Origin: Thermofilaceae archaeon
GTDB lineage: Archaea; Thermoproteota; Thermoprotei; Thermofilales; Thermofilaceae
Direction: 5' to 3'
Length of the DNA: 64,000 nt
NCBI GenBank assembly: GCA_038861545.1
Contig: JAWCCZ010000001.1
Location: 416,001 to 480,000 of the forward strand
Made by a program: the position numbers and the translations under genes. Positions 60,559 to 64,000 of this stretch are shown piece by piece (the first letter of the stretch is position 1; each line of letters opens with the position of its first letter). The notes below the pieces were generated by a model. It was not told where the DNA came from. It saw only the letters and a program-made list of their open reading frames with translations, and ran no database searches.

Positions 60559-61170
60559 ATGCATCCAGCACAGGCTCTGAAGGTGATGATAGTAAGTGCA
60601 TCAGGGGCGTTAGCTCCAGGCCCCCTTACCGCAGTCTCAATAGCCGTTGGGGCTAGGAAGGGGTGGAAATCCGGTTTCGGGTTAGCTTTAGGGCACACTC
60701 TAGCAGAAGTACCTATTGTTTTAGCGATATTTTACGGCCTTTCGAGTTTCTTGGGTTCTGAAAGTCTCAGAATATGGCTAGGAGTAATCGGCTGTTTTTC
60801 GATGGTGTTTTTCGCTGTGCTCACAGTTAAAGACGCCATTAAGGGGATTAGTGTGAATGGAAAGGAGAATCTTAAAGGAGGGGCCTTTGCAACTGGGTTT
60901 GCGCTCACGATGTTTAACCCTCTTTTCATAATCTGGTGGCTGAGTGTTGGTTCACCGTTAATCGCTGAAGCAATTCCTCAAGGTTTAACTGAGCTTACTG
61001 TTATGTATTTTGCTCACGTGTGGATCGATTATGCATGGCTGATCGTAGTCGCTTATGCTGGATCAGTAAGCAAGTTAAACCCAATGGTCTACCGAACAGT
61101 TCTCCTCTTACTAGGCACTCTTCTACTTTACTTCGGTTTATCCTTGCTCATTACAGCAGTAAAGATTTAA
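60559..61170 (+). CDS. LysE family translocator
   Basis: SGALAPGP, GH...E, NP....WW motifs. Confidence 0.9.
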   Translation: MHPAQALKVMIVSASGALAPGPLTAVSIAVGARKGWKSGFGLALGHTLAEVPIVLAIFYGLSSFLGSESLRIWLGVIGCFSMVFFAVLTVKDAIKGISVNGKENLKGGAFATGFALTMFNPLFIIWWLSVGSPLIAEAIPQGLTELTVMYFAHVWIDYAWLIVVAYAGSVSKLNPMVYRTVLLLLGTLLLYFGLSLLITAVKI

Positions 61171-61193
61171 TTTACTACAGAAATGGAGAACTT

Positions 61194-61508
61194 GTGATTG
61201 TTGAAGTTGAGGGGAAGCAGATAGCTATAGGGTGGAGGGAGGCTGCTGCCATGCTCACCATGTACATGGTTGATTGGCATGCAGCCACTCTTTCCGATTT
61301 AGAGCTGGTTGCTGGGAACTACGTTAACGCTGTGAAAGTAGCGGGAAAGTTGATCGAGCTCGGCTTAGTGAAAAGTTACTCCGTTAGGAAAGTAAAGATA
61401 TACGCTCTTACAGAGCTCGGCTTAGCTGCAGCAAGCGAGCTTAAGAGAAAAGCACAGGAAACCGGTATTTGGGAGAAGGCAGAGGAAGTTATCCGAAAGG
61501 TGGAGTAA
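61194..61508 (+). CDS. small winged-helix protein
   Basis: KLIELGLV...YALTELG wHTH signature; GTG start after GGAG. Confidence 0.7.
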   Translation: MIVEVEGKQIAIGWREAAAMLTMYMVDWHAATLSDLELVAGNYVNAVKVAGKLIELGLVKSYSVRKVKIYALTELGLAAASELKRKAQETGIWEKAEEVIRKVE

Positions 61509-61916
61509 ATGGAGGGTCTTACAGAGCTCCGCGAGCTAGCGATGGCGGTAACTAAGGCAGCTGAAGCGTTTTCAGTTATAAAGAAGAAAACTGCTAGACA
61601 TGTAATCCGAGGAGAAGCACCAAAGCTTCAGAGGGTTATAATGACTGTTGAAGCTGGAAGCCGTAAGCTAGAGTTAACCGACAAACAGATAGCCGCATTA
61701 CTAGCTTTAAAAGGGTCTGGTGGGGCTGAAGTGTTAAACACTATAGCGAGGCTAACGGGGCTTAACTCAAGGCTGGGCTTAGGTCTCGTAATGCAACTTA
61801 AAGACATGAATTTGGTAACAGTGGTGGAAACTCCTCAGCGCAGGATAGTGTTACTAACTCCTTTAGGATGGGAAGTTGTGGAAAAGGCTGAAAAAATATT
61901 GTCAGCTAGGGTTTAG
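61509..61916 (+). CDS. small winged-helix protein
   Basis: LTDKQ, IARLTG, L.D.NLV, LTPLG wHTH signature. Confidence 0.75.
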   Translation: MEGLTELRELAMAVTKAAEAFSVIKKKTARHVIRGEAPKLQRVIMTVEAGSRKLELTDKQIAALLALKGSGGAEVLNTIARLTGLNSRLGLGLVMQLKDMNLVTVVETPQRRIVLLTPLGWEVVEKAEKILSARV

Positions 61917-63229
61917 ACTTTACCTACAAACACTACGTTTTCAGCTCTTATAATGGGCGTGTAGACACCATAAACTGTGCGTTTCGATTCCCTGCTGAGA
62001 CCACTAATATTCCTGATTAAATCATAAAGGTTGCACGATATCATGCATTCACCTACTGCATACTTTTTCTCACTGTTTTCAATATAGAAAGCCTGCTTAG
62101 CTGCGCCGGAGATTACACCGTCCTGGAATCGAATCATACCGGAGAAGCGGCTTACGAATAACCCTTGTTTCACCCCGCTTACCATCTCCTCTAAGCTCAT
62201 GTCACCTGCTTGTACAATGGTGTTTGAAGGAGCTACTGAGAGCAGATCGGCAGCGTTGCCAGTCGGCTGCATGCCTAAAAGCCTAGCTGTGAACGTGTTA
62301 TTAATATAAGTTTTAAGAATCCCATGCTCAACAACCGTTTTCCTTACTGTTGGGGATCCTTCGCCGTCAAAGCTTGAGGATCTTAAACCACCCGGTAATG
62401 TGCCATCATCTACTACGGTTAACAGTTCTGATGAAACCTGCCTGTTTAACTTACCTGCTAACGGGCTGCTGCCGCTCCAAACATTGTATCCGCTATATGC
62501 TTGGGCTAAAGAAAGGAAGAGTTCTGCTGCAAAATCTCGATCGAGTAGTAGCGTGCCTTTGAACGCCGGAACCGGTTTCAAGTGAAGCGATTCCAAGGCC
62601 TTAGAGGCAGCTTCTCGAGCTATCTGGTCTATATCCACGTCAAAGGAGTGTGATGCATCGGATGTAAAGGAGAAGCTGCCGACGATTCCGGCTTCCCTGG
62701 CCACGGCACCGGCTTCCGCACCGAACATTGTAGCTTTCTGGGACCCATACGTACCAGTAGTAGAAAACATCTCAGTTTCAGCAGTAGCGGCTTCGATGCC
62801 AGCACTCATAAGGGATACTTTGTTGCTCACCTCATGAGCAGTATCCAGTAAACGCTTAGCCATTTCTACAATTTCCTCAGGTCCAAGAAACTCAATGTGG
62901 TGGTCGAACAGGCCATCAATAACTGGTAAAGGTTTCGGCTCCGGAAGGGACTTCCAGTTCTCATTCGGTTTTACGACTAAAGCCAGTTTATACGCTCTTT
63001 CTGCACACTTCATAGCTGAGTCTCTGTCCACCTCGTTAACTGTTGCCGCAGCGATCTTCTGATCCTTGATAACGGTGATCGATAGACGCTCCACTACAGC
63101 TGATGATACCCTAGCTATTTCATCGCTTTCTATCTCTGCACGGTAAACCCTAGCCTTACTTAAAGTCACGAAAGCCTCATCGGCTCCAAGCTTCAAAGCA
63201 TATTTCGCAACTTCCTCTACAAGACTCAT
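61913..63229 (-). CDS. pmbA: TldD/PmbA family protein (PmbA/TldE subunit)
   Basis: GADE, FDGEG, TGNA, PSN; no HExxxH; downstream of tldD. Confidence 0.9.
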   Translation of the reverse strand: MSLVEEVAKYALKLGADEAFVTLSKARVYRAEIESDEIARVSSAVVERLSITVIKDQKIAAATVNEVDRDSAMKCAERAYKLALVVKPNENWKSLPEPKPLPVIDGLFDHHIEFLGPEEIVEMAKRLLDTAHEVSNKVSLMSAGIEAATAETEMFSTTGTYGSQKATMFGAEAGAVAREAGIVGSFSFTSDASHSFDVDIDQIAREAASKALESLHLKPVPAFKGTLLLDRDFAAELFLSLAQAYSGYNVWSGSSPLAGKLNRQVSSELLTVVDDGTLPGGLRSSSFDGEGSPTVRKTVVEHGILKTYINNTFTARLLGMQPTGNAADLLSVAPSNTIVQAGDMSLEEMVSGVKQGLFVSRFSGMIRFQDGVISGAAKQAFYIENSEKKYAVGECMISCNLYDLIRNISGLSRESKRTVYGVYTPIIRAENVVFVGKV

Positions 63230-64000
63230 TGAGCACCCCCCACTATAATTTTACACCTAATATGTGGTCCCCCGCCGTCTACTGGGACTGTTTGACCCTT
63301 GCCGCAAGTACCTGGAAAGCCGATCTTGAAATCGCAACCCACTGCATCCACGCTGCCTAGAACTTCGAGCGCATTACCTGACACAGCAACACCCCTATAC
63401 GCTTCAGCAAGTTCACCTTTCTCGATACTCCACGCTTCTTGGATCGCGAACATGAATTCACCATTAGCGTCTGCCTGTCCGCCTAGAGCGCCTTTTAGGT
63501 AGTACCCTTCCTTAGTTTCAGCAATTATTTCTTCTGGTTTCCAGTCGCCCGGCTCCATGTACGTGTTTCTCATCCTAACTATCGGCGCGAAGCTGTAATC
63601 CTGAGCCCTCGCGTTGCCAGTGGGCTTAGCACCCACTTCAGCCGCGGTTTCTCTAGTATGCATATAGCCTTTCAAGACGCCTTTCTCAACGATTACAGCT
63701 TTTCTCCCCTCTACGCCTTCATCATCGTAAGGAGTCCACCCGTAGGCGTGTTCTGGACCAGGGTCATCGACTATCGTCACCAGTTCAGACGCCACTCGCT
63801 GCCCCAGCTTTCCAGAGAGCACATCCCCCGAGAGGACTAAATCAGCCTCTGCGCAATGCCCGAAAGCCTCGTGTACAATTAAAGCTAAGAGTTTATTGTC
63901 CAAGACAGCTACCGCCAACCCGCCCCTAGGCACTTTAGCTTTAAGAAGCCGCACGGCTCTTTCAGCAGCGCTTTCAACTGCCTTATATGGTTCCTCGCTA
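63226..64000 (-). CDS. tldD: TldD metalloprotease, partial (5' end beyond the window)
   Basis: HEAFGH, YDDEG, RMRNT, CGKGQ; frame open to the window edge. Confidence 0.93.
   Translation of the reverse strand, partial: SEEPYKAVESAAERAVRLLKAKVPRGGLAVAVLDNKLLALIVHEAFGHCAEADLVLSGDVLSGKLGQRVASELVTIVDDPGPEHAYGWTPYDDEGVEGRKAVIVEKGVLKGYMHTRETAAEVGAKPTGNARAQDYSFAPIVRMRNTYMEPGDWKPEEIIAETKEGYYLKGALGGQADANGEFMFAIQEAWSIEKGELAEAYRGVAVSGNALEVLGSVDAVGCDFKIGFPGTCGKGQTVPVDGGGPHIRCKIIVGGAQ

Noticed and set aside
61020-61193. N-terminal extension of the wHTH ORF
   Set aside because: Overlaps lysE out of frame; GTG 61194 with GGAG upstream is the better start
1-64000. CRISPR arrays, transposases, integrases, rRNA genes
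   Set aside because: No regularly spaced repeats or matching ORFs or motifs seen

Overview
Gene-dense archaeal chromosome segment. The gene set and style (form III RuBisCO, CTP-dependent riboflavin kinase, Nep1, archaemetzincin, HerA/NurA, NreA, TATA-driven leaderless genes, many peptide and sugar catabolism genes) suggest a heterotrophic Thermoproteota archaeon, probably Thermofilaceae; this is inference, not a database result. It contains a Dpp/Opp ABC operon, peptidases (M55, M54, M20, TldD/PmbA), glycosidases (GH78, GH3, GH35) and housekeeping genes. I found no rRNA, canonical tRNA, CRISPR array or transposase. The best candidates for undescribed biology are: (1) an OPT-like transporter plus a 1480-aa PA/M28-pseudopeptidase-FtsX fusion with no ATPase nearby (53.3-59.7 kb); (2) a five-gene SPFH/zinc-ribbon membrane operon resembling Bacillus ydjGI but lacking PspA, followed by a DUF72 gene frameshifted in a G8 tract (23.2-27.7 kb); (3) a glucan phosphorylase whose PLP-binding lysine is replaced by arginine; (4) two GC-rich structured intergenic elements that may be ncRNAs (42.65 and 47.9 kb); (5) PCNA-interaction-like C-terminal tails on NreA, its radical-SAM neighbour and HerA; (6) exact DNA tracts shared by dppD and dppF, suggesting gene conversion.
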